This document shows, one piece after another, positions 8,572 to 17,820 of a stretch of 64,000 nucleotides of DNA (within the stretch, counting starts at the first letter, position 1; each line of letters opens with the position of its first letter). The position numbers and the translations under genes are program-made. The notes under the pieces were generated by a model, which was not told the origin of the DNA, did not search any database, and saw nothing but the letters and a program-made list of their open reading frames with translations. Source of the stretch: Elusimicrobiota bacterium (GTDB taxonomy: Bacteria > Elusimicrobiota > Elusimicrobia > UBA1565). The stretch spans positions 64,342 through 128,341 of the forward strand of contig JBDRPD010000066.1 of assembly GCA_043827405.1 (NCBI GenBank), written 5' to 3'.

Positions 8572-10195
8572 TCGGCGGCACGGCCAAAGGCTCTATGGCA
8601 GCGTAGAAATCCATGGCTTTCGCGAAGCGCAGTTGCGGTTCAGGCTGCAGCGCCTTGTCGAACACCAGGTCGAGTCCTTGCGGGATGTCCGCGGCAAAGC
8701 GGGAGACCGGCCGGTAGCGTTTTTCGCGCTTCTGAGCGAGGAAGTTCGGGCCCTCGAACGGCAGTCGGCCGGTAATCATCTCGTACAGAATGATCGCCAA
8801 GGAGTAGATGTCGGAAGCGGGGAAAGCCGACCCCAGTTCCTGTTCCGGAGCCATATAGGCCGGGCTGCCGATCGATTCCGTCCAATTGAGCTTGGCCGCA
8901 GTCTTGCGTGCCTCCAGGCCGATGCCGAAATCCATCACTTTCGCGGCCCCCTGCTTGTTGATGAAGATATTGGACGGCATAAGATCGCCATGCAGAATTT
9001 TTTTCGAATGCGCGAAATCGATGAGCCCGCAAACCTGCTTCATCAGGCGCTTGGCGGAGGCCAGCGCGATGCGGTTCCCGGTGTCCAGGAACTTGCTCAG
9101 CGGCGAGCCTTCCGGGTCCTCAATGACCAGGTGAATCCGCTCTTCTTCGAGAAATACGGAATAAACCTCGGCCAGGTTCGGGTGCTTCATTGATGCGACG
9201 AAGCGTGCGCGCGCCAGGAAGCGTTCCATGTCTTTTTCCGTGCGGTGCAGCTCTTCGCGGATGCGCTTGATAAGGACTTTTTTGCCCGAGGTCCTGTCGT
9301 GCGCTTCGTAGACCGGTCCGAGCGCGCCCTTCTCCTTCTCGCGGACGACCTTGTAGCTGCCGCCGATCATGTCCGGGATCAGCGGCGCCGGCATTGGAGT
9401 GGACTGACCGAGCAGCGCGGGCATGGGCGTGCCTCCGGCGACAGTGATCGGTCGGCCCGGCGGCGTCGCCTGTGCGGGAAACTGCGGCAAGGCGCCTTGG
9501 GCCGCCGCGACCGGGACTCCCGTAACCGTTCGCATGCGGCGGGCTTTGCGGGCGCGTGCCAGAAAAATGATAAATGCCGCGAAGATGCCGGCGCCGAGAC
9601 CGCCGAGGATATAGAGCTGGCGGCGGCGGCGGACCGCCTGATGCTGATCCACGATCTTTTGGTAGCTTGTTTGGTCGATATCCAGCGCATTCGTCGCGTC
9701 GTGGATGACTCGTTTGACGCGATCGGGATAATCGCCGAGATCGAGTACCGCTTTTAGATCCTGGTCGACCTTATTGGGCTCATCTCCCGTCATGAACTGG
9801 GCAAGGATCATGACCCCGCGCTTGTACTGGAACTCTTTGCGCAGCGTCTTGAACTCTTCGAGCAAAGCTTTCAGATCCTCTTGGCTGTCCAGTACGCTGC
9901 TGCGGACCTGCTGCCGCTCGGCGGCGATGGTCTCGAGATCCTCGGTGTCCGGATATTTCTGGGTGAAAGCTTTCAGCGCCGCGATGCGGGGCTTGACGGT
10001 CTTCATCTGCGCTTCGATACGGCCTTTAAGATCGCTAATCGCCCGGTCGTCGCTGAGCTGCTGCTGCTGCTGCTGCGGAGGCGCCGCCGCCGCTCGCCGG
10101 CTCCTCTTCTTGGCCGCCGCCGCTGGAGCGAAGAATATCAAGACAAAAATTAACGCCGCCAAGCCCGCAGGCCCGCCGTACGGGGGAAATTTCAT
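8531..10195 (-). CDS. Membrane-anchored Hanks-type Ser/Thr kinase-like protein
   Basis: Signal peptide, helical ectodomain, TM segment, then kinase fold (HPNL, HGDLMPSN, DFG, YMAPE, SDIYSL). Confidence 0.85.
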   Translation of the reverse strand: MKFPPYGGPAGLAALIFVLIFFAPAAAAKKRSRRAAAAPPQQQQQQLSDDRAISDLKGRIEAQMKTVKPRIAALKAFTQKYPDTEDLETIAAERQQVRSSVLDSQEDLKALLEEFKTLRKEFQYKRGVMILAQFMTGDEPNKVDQDLKAVLDLGDYPDRVKRVIHDATNALDIDQTSYQKIVDQHQAVRRRRQLYILGGLGAGIFAAFIIFLARARKARRMRTVTGVPVAAAQGALPQFPAQATPPGRPITVAGGTPMPALLGQSTPMPAPLIPDMIGGSYKVVREKEKGALGPVYEAHDRTSGKKVLIKRIREELHRTEKDMERFLARARFVASMKHPNLAEVYSVFLEEERIHLVIEDPEGSPLSKFLDTGNRIALASAKRLMKQVCGLIDFAHSKKILHGDLMPSNIFINKQGAAKVMDFGIGLEARKTAAKLNWTESIGSPAYMAPEQELGSAFPASDIYSLAIILYEMITGRLPFEGPNFLAQKREKRYRPVSRFAADIPQGLDLVFDKALQPEPQLRFAKAMDFYAAIEPLAVPPNAGPPASSPGHGA

Positions 10196-10221
10196 CCTTT
10201 GAAGGATACCAGAGATGGAGG

Positions 10222-12141
10222 CTATGCGCCAGAGGAAGTCAGCGGCAGGGTGAAGTGGAACACCGAGCCCTTTCCGAGCGTGGAATCGACACCCATCTCG
10301 CCGCCGTGGGCCTTTACGATCTCCTGCGCGATTTTGAGACCCAGGCCGAAGCCGGCGTTGCGCATGACCTGAGCGTTCTTCGCCTGAAAGAAGCGTTGGA
10401 ATATGCGGGGGAGGTCCTCCTTTGAGATGCCGATACCCGTATCGCGTACGCTGATCTTCAGCAGCGGGGGCTGCAGTTCCAATGTGATATAGACAGCGCC
10501 GCCCTTCGGTGTGTATTGGATGGCGTTGGTACAGAGATTCTGTACGACCTGTCCGATGCGCAGGGGGTCGCCGCTCATCGGCGGCAGCTCTTTGGGCGTT
10601 GCTACGTGCAGCTTGATTTCACGTTTGTCCGCGGCAACTTTGACTCGGGATCCCACTTCACTGATGACCTCCAGCAGGTTCATGCGTCCGATGTTAACGC
10701 GCAGCTTGCCGGATTCGATTGCCGCGAAATCGACCAGATCCGATACTAGCCCATCCAAGGTATGTGAAGCCGCGCGGATATGATGGATCGGCTTCGCTAA
10801 ATCCGGGCTCTTTGCTTTCATCTCTAAAAGATCAGCATAGCCGATGACGGCGTTGAGCGGGTTTTTTATGTCATGGGCGACCATGGCGAAGAATTTGGAT
10901 TGAAAGTCCGTGAGCTGCTCCAGCTTCTCATGCGTGGCTTTGAACTCCTGCATAAGGCGCATGTTCTCGATCCGCAGCCGGCGCCGGTCGAGGGCGCGCG
11001 TGATGGAGAACTTGAGCCGTGATGGCTCCAGCGGTTTGAGCAGGCAGTCGTCGAGCCCGACTTCAACCATCTGGGTGACTCCGCGCAGCGCGTCTTTTAA
11101 GGGATATTGATCCACCGTTAGAATCAGTTTTAGGTCGGAATCCTGCTCGCGCAGTTTCTGCGCCAGCTCAAACCCGCCGTCCGCTCGGCCGTCGAGCGCG
11201 GCGCTGATCACGGCGACGAAGAAGGTGTCTCCCCTTGTGCGCTCCAGCGCGTCGGCGGCGCTGCCGCAGGCGGAGACATCGTAACCGTCCTCCATCAGGT
11301 TCTGCGTAAGCTTGACCAGTTCCTGCTGCGAGCCGTCGACCAGCAGGATGCGCCCGAAAGACATCGGATCCACCGCGGGGCGCCCCAGCAGCAGGTCGAC
11401 CGCTATTTCCATAAGCTTGCGGGGCAGAAACGCCGGCCGCTTGGCGCCGATGTCCACTTCCGCCGCGTGGATCGGGCCGCGGCTGTCCACCAAGCAGATT
11501 TGTCCGCTTTTGGGCAGCGCTTTAATCCAGCGGCACCACTCTTCGGCTTGGTAGAGATTCCCCGACCAACGGATTATGATCGCCGGCGGCGCGGTCCGCA
11601 TTGCCTCCATCAGCGGTTGAGGATTATCAACAGCTTTCGCCGCGATGCCGACTTCTCGCAGTCTCTCCTGCACGAGGCCCGTTAGGTACAGGGTCGGATT
11701 GACCAGGAAAAAGAGTGTAGAGTCTCCGCTCAGCTGCGCCAGGTCAAGAAACGACGGATCGATGGGCCATGGCAGCCGCATCAGCGGCTCCGCGTCTTTG
11801 AGCGGGTAGGCGGACTGGGGCGGATCGAGGAGTATCAAGCCGGGCGTGTCAGGCGGACGATGCAGGTCAATAAGGTAGCGGCGCTCTTTTTCGCGCAGAG
11901 AGATCGAGTCGGCGACGACGCCGGTCAGCGGGCCGTCATCGCTGCGCCAAAAAGCCGAAGACTCGGCTGCCGAGACTGCGTGCAGAGCCTCGACGCCGCG
12001 GTGGGCGCAGGCGCTCTCGTACGATTCGATGAGCGTCTTGTCGGAAGAAATCAAAAGCAGGCGGCCCTTCACGATAAAAATAATAGCCTTTCCCTGAGTA
12101 ATTCGCCATAGACGACCCATCCCGTCATGCTCGTGTCGCAT
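10222..12141 (-). CDS. Cytoplasmic histidine kinase with N-terminal receiver-like domains
   Basis: AHDIKNPL H-box, NLCTNAIQY, DTGIGI and GFGLGL boxes; true start may be GTG 12072. Confidence 0.85.
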   Translation of the reverse strand: MRHEHDGMGRLWRITQGKAIIFIVKGRLLLISSDKTLIESYESACAHRGVEALHAVSAAESSAFWRSDDGPLTGVVADSISLREKERRYLIDLHRPPDTPGLILLDPPQSAYPLKDAEPLMRLPWPIDPSFLDLAQLSGDSTLFFLVNPTLYLTGLVQERLREVGIAAKAVDNPQPLMEAMRTAPPAIIIRWSGNLYQAEEWCRWIKALPKSGQICLVDSRGPIHAAEVDIGAKRPAFLPRKLMEIAVDLLLGRPAVDPMSFGRILLVDGSQQELVKLTQNLMEDGYDVSACGSAADALERTRGDTFFVAVISAALDGRADGGFELAQKLREQDSDLKLILTVDQYPLKDALRGVTQMVEVGLDDCLLKPLEPSRLKFSITRALDRRRLRIENMRLMQEFKATHEKLEQLTDFQSKFFAMVAHDIKNPLNAVIGYADLLEMKAKSPDLAKPIHHIRAASHTLDGLVSDLVDFAAIESGKLRVNIGRMNLLEVISEVGSRVKVAADKREIKLHVATPKELPPMSGDPLRIGQVVQNLCTNAIQYTPKGGAVYITLELQPPLLKISVRDTGIGISKEDLPRIFQRFFQAKNAQVMRNAGFGLGLKIAQEIVKAHGGEMGVDSTLGKGSVFHFTLPLTSSGA

Positions 12142-12171
12142 CTGCGGCGCGCATAATGATACGCTAGCGTT

Positions 12172-13416
12172 ATGCTGCGGCTCTTGATTTCCGCGGCGGC
12201 GCTGCTGAGTCTGCGCGCCGGCGCACTGGATACTGTATTCGTCTCATCAATTCCTCTTTCGCCCGCTCCCCTGACCGCGCCGTCCGCTGAGCGTCCTGAA
12301 TTCTTCGATTTGGACGAAGATTTACAGGTCCCCACTTATCTGGGCGAGCATGAAACGGCGGGGCCCGGTGAAGACGGCGCGCCGCCGCCGGAGTATCCGA
12401 CGGTGCGCGGCGTGCATCTCACGTCCTGGGTCGGCGGCTCGACGCAATCGCGGACCCGGTTCCTGGATAAGTTGAAAGGGACGGTCGTTAATGCGGTCGT
12501 CATCCCGCTAAAGGAATCTGACGGCCGGGTGTATGTCCCCGGGATCGAGAAGGCGCATGAATACGGGAGCGAGCGCATCGCTATTCCGCAGCCGCGCCGT
12601 ATGCTGGCGGATCTGCGGGATCGCGGCTTGTATACCATCGCCCGCATCGTCGTTTTTAAGGACAATGTCCTTCCTGTGAAGAAGCCGGAATGGGCGATTC
12701 GCGATATGGACGGCGGCTTGTGGCGCAATGATAAGGGTCTCGCCTGGGTGGATCCCTACCGGCGCGAAGTGTGGGAATACAACCTGGATATCGCCGTGCA
12801 TGCAGCGGAGCTCGGTTTTGACGAGATTCAGTTCGACTATATCCGCTTCCCTTCGGACGGCAAGATCAAGCGCTGCCGCTACTCGCGGAAAGATCACAGC
12901 GGAAGCACGTCGGTTGAGGCGATGAATGAATTCCTGCGCTACGCCCGCAAGCGTCTCGAATCGCATGGAGTGGAGATGTCGGTCGCCGTCTTCGGCATGA
13001 CGGCGACCGCCTCGGACGGTCTCGGTATCGGGCAGCGCATCACCGATATGATCCGTCTGGCCGATCACTTGAGCCCGATGATGTACCCGTCCCACTACCG
13101 CAAAGGCGCGTACGGTCTGAAGAGCCCGAATCATGAGCCGTACAAGGTTATTAAGTACGGCCTGCGCGACGCCAAACGGCAAGTGGGCGAAAACTCTTAC
13201 AAGCTGCGGCCCTATCTCCAGGATTTTTCGCTAGGTGTACGCTACGGTCCACAGCAGGTGCTGGACCAAATTCGCGCGGCGCGTGAGCACGGCATTGAAA
13301 ACTGGATTTTGTGGAATCCCGTCAACCGTTACAACTGGGACGCACTGCGGTTCGATCCGCCACGCCCCGATGTGAGCCCTCCCGATGAGCGAAGTCCAGC
13401 GCCCGGTCGGCCTTAA
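12172..13416 (+). CDS. Secreted putative glycoside hydrolase (DUF4015-like)
   Basis: Signal peptide; IARIVVFKD, WVDPY, GFDEIQFDYIRFP, SPMMYPSHY and RPYLQDF motifs. Confidence 0.75.
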   Translation: MLRLLISAAALLSLRAGALDTVFVSSIPLSPAPLTAPSAERPEFFDLDEDLQVPTYLGEHETAGPGEDGAPPPEYPTVRGVHLTSWVGGSTQSRTRFLDKLKGTVVNAVVIPLKESDGRVYVPGIEKAHEYGSERIAIPQPRRMLADLRDRGLYTIARIVVFKDNVLPVKKPEWAIRDMDGGLWRNDKGLAWVDPYRREVWEYNLDIAVHAAELGFDEIQFDYIRFPSDGKIKRCRYSRKDHSGSTSVEAMNEFLRYARKRLESHGVEMSVAVFGMTATASDGLGIGQRITDMIRLADHLSPMMYPSHYRKGAYGLKSPNHEPYKVIKYGLRDAKRQVGENSYKLRPYLQDFSLGVRYGPQQVLDQIRAAREHGIENWILWNPVNRYNWDALRFDPPRPDVSPPDERSPAPGRP

Positions 13417-16400
13417 AGACCGAAGCTTCCAGGGTCTGCTCTGGACGCAGGCGCTCGGGGCGTTCAATGACAATGCCTTCAAGACGACGATCGCCCTGCT
13501 GGCTGTCGCATCGCTGCCTGCGGCACAAGCGAGCCGGCTCATCGCTCTGGCGGGGGCGTTGTTCGTCCTGCCGTTTATTCTGTTCTCCGGCGCGGCGGGC
13601 ACTCTCGCCGACCGCTGCCGCAAGAACAAGCTTATCGTGCTCTTTAAGGCGGTCGAGCTTGCGCTGATGGGACTGACCTTCATCGCGCTCTATACCTGGA
13701 ATATCCCTTTCCTGCTCGTCCTGCTGACTCTCATGGGGGCGCAAAGCGCGTTTTTCGGTCCGGTCAAGCTCGCGATCCTGCCGGAACTGCTCGACGATTG
13801 CGATCTCTCTCACGGCAACGGATTGATGCAGATGATGACGTTCGGCGGGATTCTGCTCGGTACGGTCGCGGCGGGCTTTCTTGTGCACGCGCTGCGGACG
13901 CGGATACATTGGGCGTCGCTGCTGTTCATCGTGGTCGCGGCCGCGGGTTTGGGCACGAGCCGCTGGGTCTCCGACGTCCCGGCGGCGGACGACGCGGCGC
14001 CGTTCCAGCTGAACTTTATCCGACAGGCCTGGCGTAATCTGCAGGATATTCACCAGCGCTACGGCGTCTATCTCGCATTGATGGGCACGGCATACTTTTG
14101 GTTTCTTGGCGCCATCTTCCAAATGAACATCCTCGTTTACGGAAAGGAATTGATGGGCGTCGGGGAGGCGACGCTGGGCGGCTTTCAGGTCCTGGTCGCC
14201 GTCGGGATCGGCGCCGGCAGCTGGCTGGCCGGACGCATGTCGCGCGGCCGCGTGGAGCTGGGATTGGTGCCGGCCGCCGCGCTGGGCCTCTGCCTCTTCT
14301 CGCTGGATCTCGCCTTCGCTTTTCGTTCGCAGATCCGGGCGTTGGCGGACTTGTTTATGCTGGGCGTCAGCGCCGGCGCCTTCGCCGTCCCCCTGCAGGC
14401 GTTTATTCAGCAGCGGAGCCCCAAGGGGGAGCGGGGGAAGTATATCGCCACCGGAAACGTGGTTTCTTTCACCGCCGTCCTGGCCGCGTCGGGCTGCCTG
14501 TGGGCCCTGACCGACATTTTCCGTTTGCATGCCGGACAGGTGTTTCTCGTGGTGGCGGCTATGACGCTGGCGGTGGCCGCCTACATTGTCTGGATGCTGC
14601 CCGACTTTTTTCTGCGTCTCATCCTCTATCCGATCGCGCATCTGCTCTATGCGCTCGATGTGCGGGGCGGCAATCACGTCCCGATGCGCGGCCCAGCGCT
14701 CATCGTGGCGAACCATGTGTCGCATGTGGACCCCCTCTTTATCTCGGCCGCCACTCCGCGACTGATCCGCTTTCTCATGTACCGGGTCTACTATGACCTT
14801 CCGGTTGTGGGACAAATATTCCGCATGATGCGGTGCATCCCGATCGCGGGCAGCGACAGCCCCAAAGAGATGATGCGTTCGTTCGGTGCGGCGCGCCAAG
14901 CGCTTGAGAAGGGTGAACTCGTCGCTATTTTTGCGGAAGGCTCTATCACCCGTCACGGCCAGATGCTCGGTTTTAAAAAAGGCTTTGAGCGCATCGTCAA
15001 AGGGCTCGATGTCCCGGTGATCCCCGTGCATCTCGATCGCGTTTGGGGCAGCATCTTCAGCTACGAGCGCGGGCGTTTCCTGTTCAAGCGTCCCCGGCGG
15101 ATCCCCTATCCGGTGACGGTCAGTTTCGGCGAGCCCATGCGCGGCATGGTCTCGGCGCATGCCGTGCGGCAGAAAATACTGGAACTGGGGGCGGCGGCTT
15201 TCGGCTCGCGGCTGGCCGAACAGGCGCCGCTGCCGGCGGCTTTTGTGCGCGGCGCGAAAAAATACCCGCGGCGATTCGCGATGGCCGATAGTTCGGGCCA
15301 GACGCTTACCTTCGGCCAGGCGATGGTTCGGGCGCGGGTTTTGGGCCGGGCTATAGTCGACGCTCTGCCGAATGGAAATGCCGTCGGCCTGCTGCTGCCG
15401 CCGTCGATCGGCGGGGCTTTGGCGAATCTCGGCGTAGCAATGGCGGGGAAGATCACGGTCAATTTGAACTATACGGCGTCGCCCGCGGTCGTCCGGCAAT
15501 GCGCGGCGAAGGCGAAAGTCTCGGGCATTGTCACGTCGCGGAGGTTCCTGGAAAAGCTGGGATGGGATAAGACGGAGGATATGTATTTTATCGAGGATAT
15601 CGCCGCCGGGATATCCAAGCTCGCCGCGGCGCTGACCGCCGCGGGCATGCGCCTGCTGCCGGCGTTCGCGGTCGAACGCCTGTATCTCGCCTCGCCGCGG
15701 CGGCCGCTTGAGTCGCCCGCCACCGTGATCTTCACCAGCGGCTCTACCGGTGAGCCGAAGGGCGTGCTGCTGTCGCATGCGAATATCCACGCCAATATCG
15801 AAGGCATGGCGCAGCTCTATCAAGTTACCGCTGAGGACCGGGTCATGGGCGCCCTTCCCTTCTTCCACTCGTTCGGCCACACCGTCACGCTTTGGTTTCC
15901 GCTCATTGCCGGCTTTGGCGCCGTCTATCACTTTAACCCGCTTGATTCCCAGCGCATCGGCGATATGATTCAGCGGTACCGGGCGACGTTCATGATGGGG
16001 ACTCCGACCTTCCTCCTCGCATACCTGCGGCGCATCGACGCGGCAAAGCTCGCCAGCGTTCGCTACGTGATCGCGGGAGCGGAAAAGCTGCGGGAAGAAG
16101 TGGCGCGGGCCTTTGCCGAGAAATACAAGCTGCTGCCGCTCGAGGGCTACGGCTGCACCGAGCTCTCTCCCGTGACGTCGGTGAATATCCCCGACTTCCA
16201 AGCGAAGGGGCATCGCCAGCGAGGCCAGAAGCTGGGCACCATCGGACAGCCCCTTCCCGGAGTGCTGATCAAGATCGTCGATCCCGAAAGCGGGGAGGAG
16301 CGGCCCGTCGGCGAGGCCGGGCTCATGCTCGTCAAGGGACCCAATGTTATGCTGGGCTACATCGATGACCCGGAGGCGACCGCGGAGGCGCTGCGCGACG

Positions 16401-16789
16401 GCTACTATGTCACCGGCGATATCGCCGCGATTGATGAGGACGGTTTTGTGCGCATCACCGACCGGCTCAGCCGTTTCAGCAAGATCGGCGGCGAGATGGT
16501 GCCGCATATCAGGATCGAAGAGGCGCTCCACGATCTGGCTGGGATCGTCGACCGGACCTTCGTGGTCACGGCGGTTCCGGATGAGAAGAGGGGCGAGCGC
16601 TTGGTGGTCTTGTGCAAAGACTTTCAGAAGACCGATGACCTGTGGCGCAAGCTCCGGGACAGCGACCTGCCCCGGCTGTGGCTGCCCGCGCAGGATGCGT
16701 TCCATGCGGTCGATGAGATTCCCGTGCTGGGCTCCGGCAAGCTCGACCTGCGGAAGCTCAAAGCCCTGGCTCAGGAGTTCGCGTCATGA
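13385..16789 (+). CDS. aas: Acyl-ACP:phospholipid acyltransferase fusion (MFS/LplT + PlsC + acyl-adenylate domain)
   Basis: TQALGAFNDN MFS start, NHVSHVD and FAEG PlsC motifs, FTSGSTGEPKG and EGYGCTE AMP-binding motifs. Confidence 0.9.
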   Translation: MSEVQRPVGLKDRSFQGLLWTQALGAFNDNAFKTTIALLAVASLPAAQASRLIALAGALFVLPFILFSGAAGTLADRCRKNKLIVLFKAVELALMGLTFIALYTWNIPFLLVLLTLMGAQSAFFGPVKLAILPELLDDCDLSHGNGLMQMMTFGGILLGTVAAGFLVHALRTRIHWASLLFIVVAAAGLGTSRWVSDVPAADDAAPFQLNFIRQAWRNLQDIHQRYGVYLALMGTAYFWFLGAIFQMNILVYGKELMGVGEATLGGFQVLVAVGIGAGSWLAGRMSRGRVELGLVPAAALGLCLFSLDLAFAFRSQIRALADLFMLGVSAGAFAVPLQAFIQQRSPKGERGKYIATGNVVSFTAVLAASGCLWALTDIFRLHAGQVFLVVAAMTLAVAAYIVWMLPDFFLRLILYPIAHLLYALDVRGGNHVPMRGPALIVANHVSHVDPLFISAATPRLIRFLMYRVYYDLPVVGQIFRMMRCIPIAGSDSPKEMMRSFGAARQALEKGELVAIFAEGSITRHGQMLGFKKGFERIVKGLDVPVIPVHLDRVWGSIFSYERGRFLFKRPRRIPYPVTVSFGEPMRGMVSAHAVRQKILELGAAAFGSRLAEQAPLPAAFVRGAKKYPRRFAMADSSGQTLTFGQAMVRARVLGRAIVDALPNGNAVGLLLPPSIGGALANLGVAMAGKITVNLNYTASPAVVRQCAAKAKVSGIVTSRRFLEKLGWDKTEDMYFIEDIAAGISKLAAALTAAGMRLLPAFAVERLYLASPRRPLESPATVIFTSGSTGEPKGVLLSHANIHANIEGMAQLYQVTAEDRVMGALPFFHSFGHTVTLWFPLIAGFGAVYHFNPLDSQRIGDMIQRYRATFMMGTPTFLLAYLRRIDAAKLASVRYVIAGAEKLREEVARAFAEKYKLLPLEGYGCTELSPVTSVNIPDFQAKGHRQRGQKLGTIGQPLPGVLIKIVDPESGEERPVGEAGLMLVKGPNVMLGYIDDPEATAEALRDGYYVTGDIAAIDEDGFVRITDRLSRFSKIGGEMVPHIRIEEALHDLAGIVDRTFVVTAVPDEKRGERLVVLCKDFQKTDDLWRKLRDSDLPRLWLPAQDAFHAVDEIPVLGSGKLDLRKLKALAQEFAS

Positions 16790-17736
16790 AAACCGTCGAT
16801 GTCCATGTCCATCTCGCCGCGTTTCCGACTCCGGACAACGGCTGCCGGCTGTCCAGAAGGATGCGCACCGGTCCGCTGGCGCGCTTGATCGCGTTTGTCC
16901 AGAACCTGCCGCTTGACGATCCGGAGAAGGCGAACCGGCGCTACCTGGACTGTCTCGAACAGGAGCTGCGGGCTTCGGAGGAGGTCGAACGCGCCGTGCT
17001 GCTGGCGATGGACGGGGTGTATGACGCCAAAGGAAAGCTGGATGAAAAGCGCACGAACTTTCTCATCTCCAACGATTATCTTTTCGCCGTGACCGCCGCC
17101 CGGCCCTGCTTCCTCCCCGGGGCTTCGGTGAATCCCATGCGCGCGGATGCGCTCGATGAGATCGACCGCTGTGCGGATAAGGGGGCGGTGCTGATTAAGA
17201 CGCTGGCGAACGCTCAAGTCTTTAACCCGGCGGACAGCCGCTTTACGCCTTATTTCCGCCGGCTCGCCAAGCGCGGACTGCCGTTTTTGAGCCATGTCGG
17301 CTTCGAGTTCAGCCTGATCGGGCACGACCAGAGCGTCGGCGACGTCGATCGCCTGATCCCCGCTTTGGAGGAGGGGGTGACCGTGATCGCGGCGCATGGC
17401 TGCAGCAGCGGCTTGGTCTTATTGGAAAAGCACTTCCGGACGATGTGCGCGCTGGTGCGCCGCTACCCGAACTTCTACGTTGATCTCTCGGCGCTCACTC
17501 TGCCCAATCGCGTGGGCGCACTGATGCGCATCCGGCGGCGCCCCGAGCTTTTCGACCGCCTGCTCTTCGGCACGGATTATCCGCTGCCGGTCTTTTCCTA
17601 TCCCGCGCTGGTGGGCGGGGGATATCTGCACGCGCGCGCGGCGGGGAATCGCTTTGACCGGCAGGCTCGCGTTCTAAGGTCTCTCGGACTTCCTGTCGAC
17701 AATATCCTGCCGTCCCTTCAGCAATACGTCCTTTAA
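16786..17736 (+). CDS. Amidohydrolase-2 family metal-dependent hydrolase
   Basis: DVHVH, IAAH and FGTDYP motifs; ATGA overlap with aas. Confidence 0.8.
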   Translation: MKTVDVHVHLAAFPTPDNGCRLSRRMRTGPLARLIAFVQNLPLDDPEKANRRYLDCLEQELRASEEVERAVLLAMDGVYDAKGKLDEKRTNFLISNDYLFAVTAARPCFLPGASVNPMRADALDEIDRCADKGAVLIKTLANAQVFNPADSRFTPYFRRLAKRGLPFLSHVGFEFSLIGHDQSVGDVDRLIPALEEGVTVIAAHGCSSGLVLLEKHFRTMCALVRRYPNFYVDLSALTLPNRVGALMRIRRRPELFDRLLFGTDYPLPVFSYPALVGGGYLHARAAGNRFDRQARVLRSLGLPVDNILPSLQQYVL

Positions 17737-17820
17737 CGATTGTCCTACTCGGGTTTGGGTCGAATAACGCCGTAAAAATAGGCCTTTAGACTCACCGGCA
17801 TCGCGGGCGCCATAAGTAGA

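Noticed and set aside
10057..10075. CTG/CAG trinucleotide run
   Set aside because: Encodes a short in-frame poly-Gln linker; no frameshift potential
13322..16705. 1127-aa minus-strand ORF
   Set aside because: It is the antisense shadow of aas; no motifs, and long shadow ORFs are expected in GC-rich DNA
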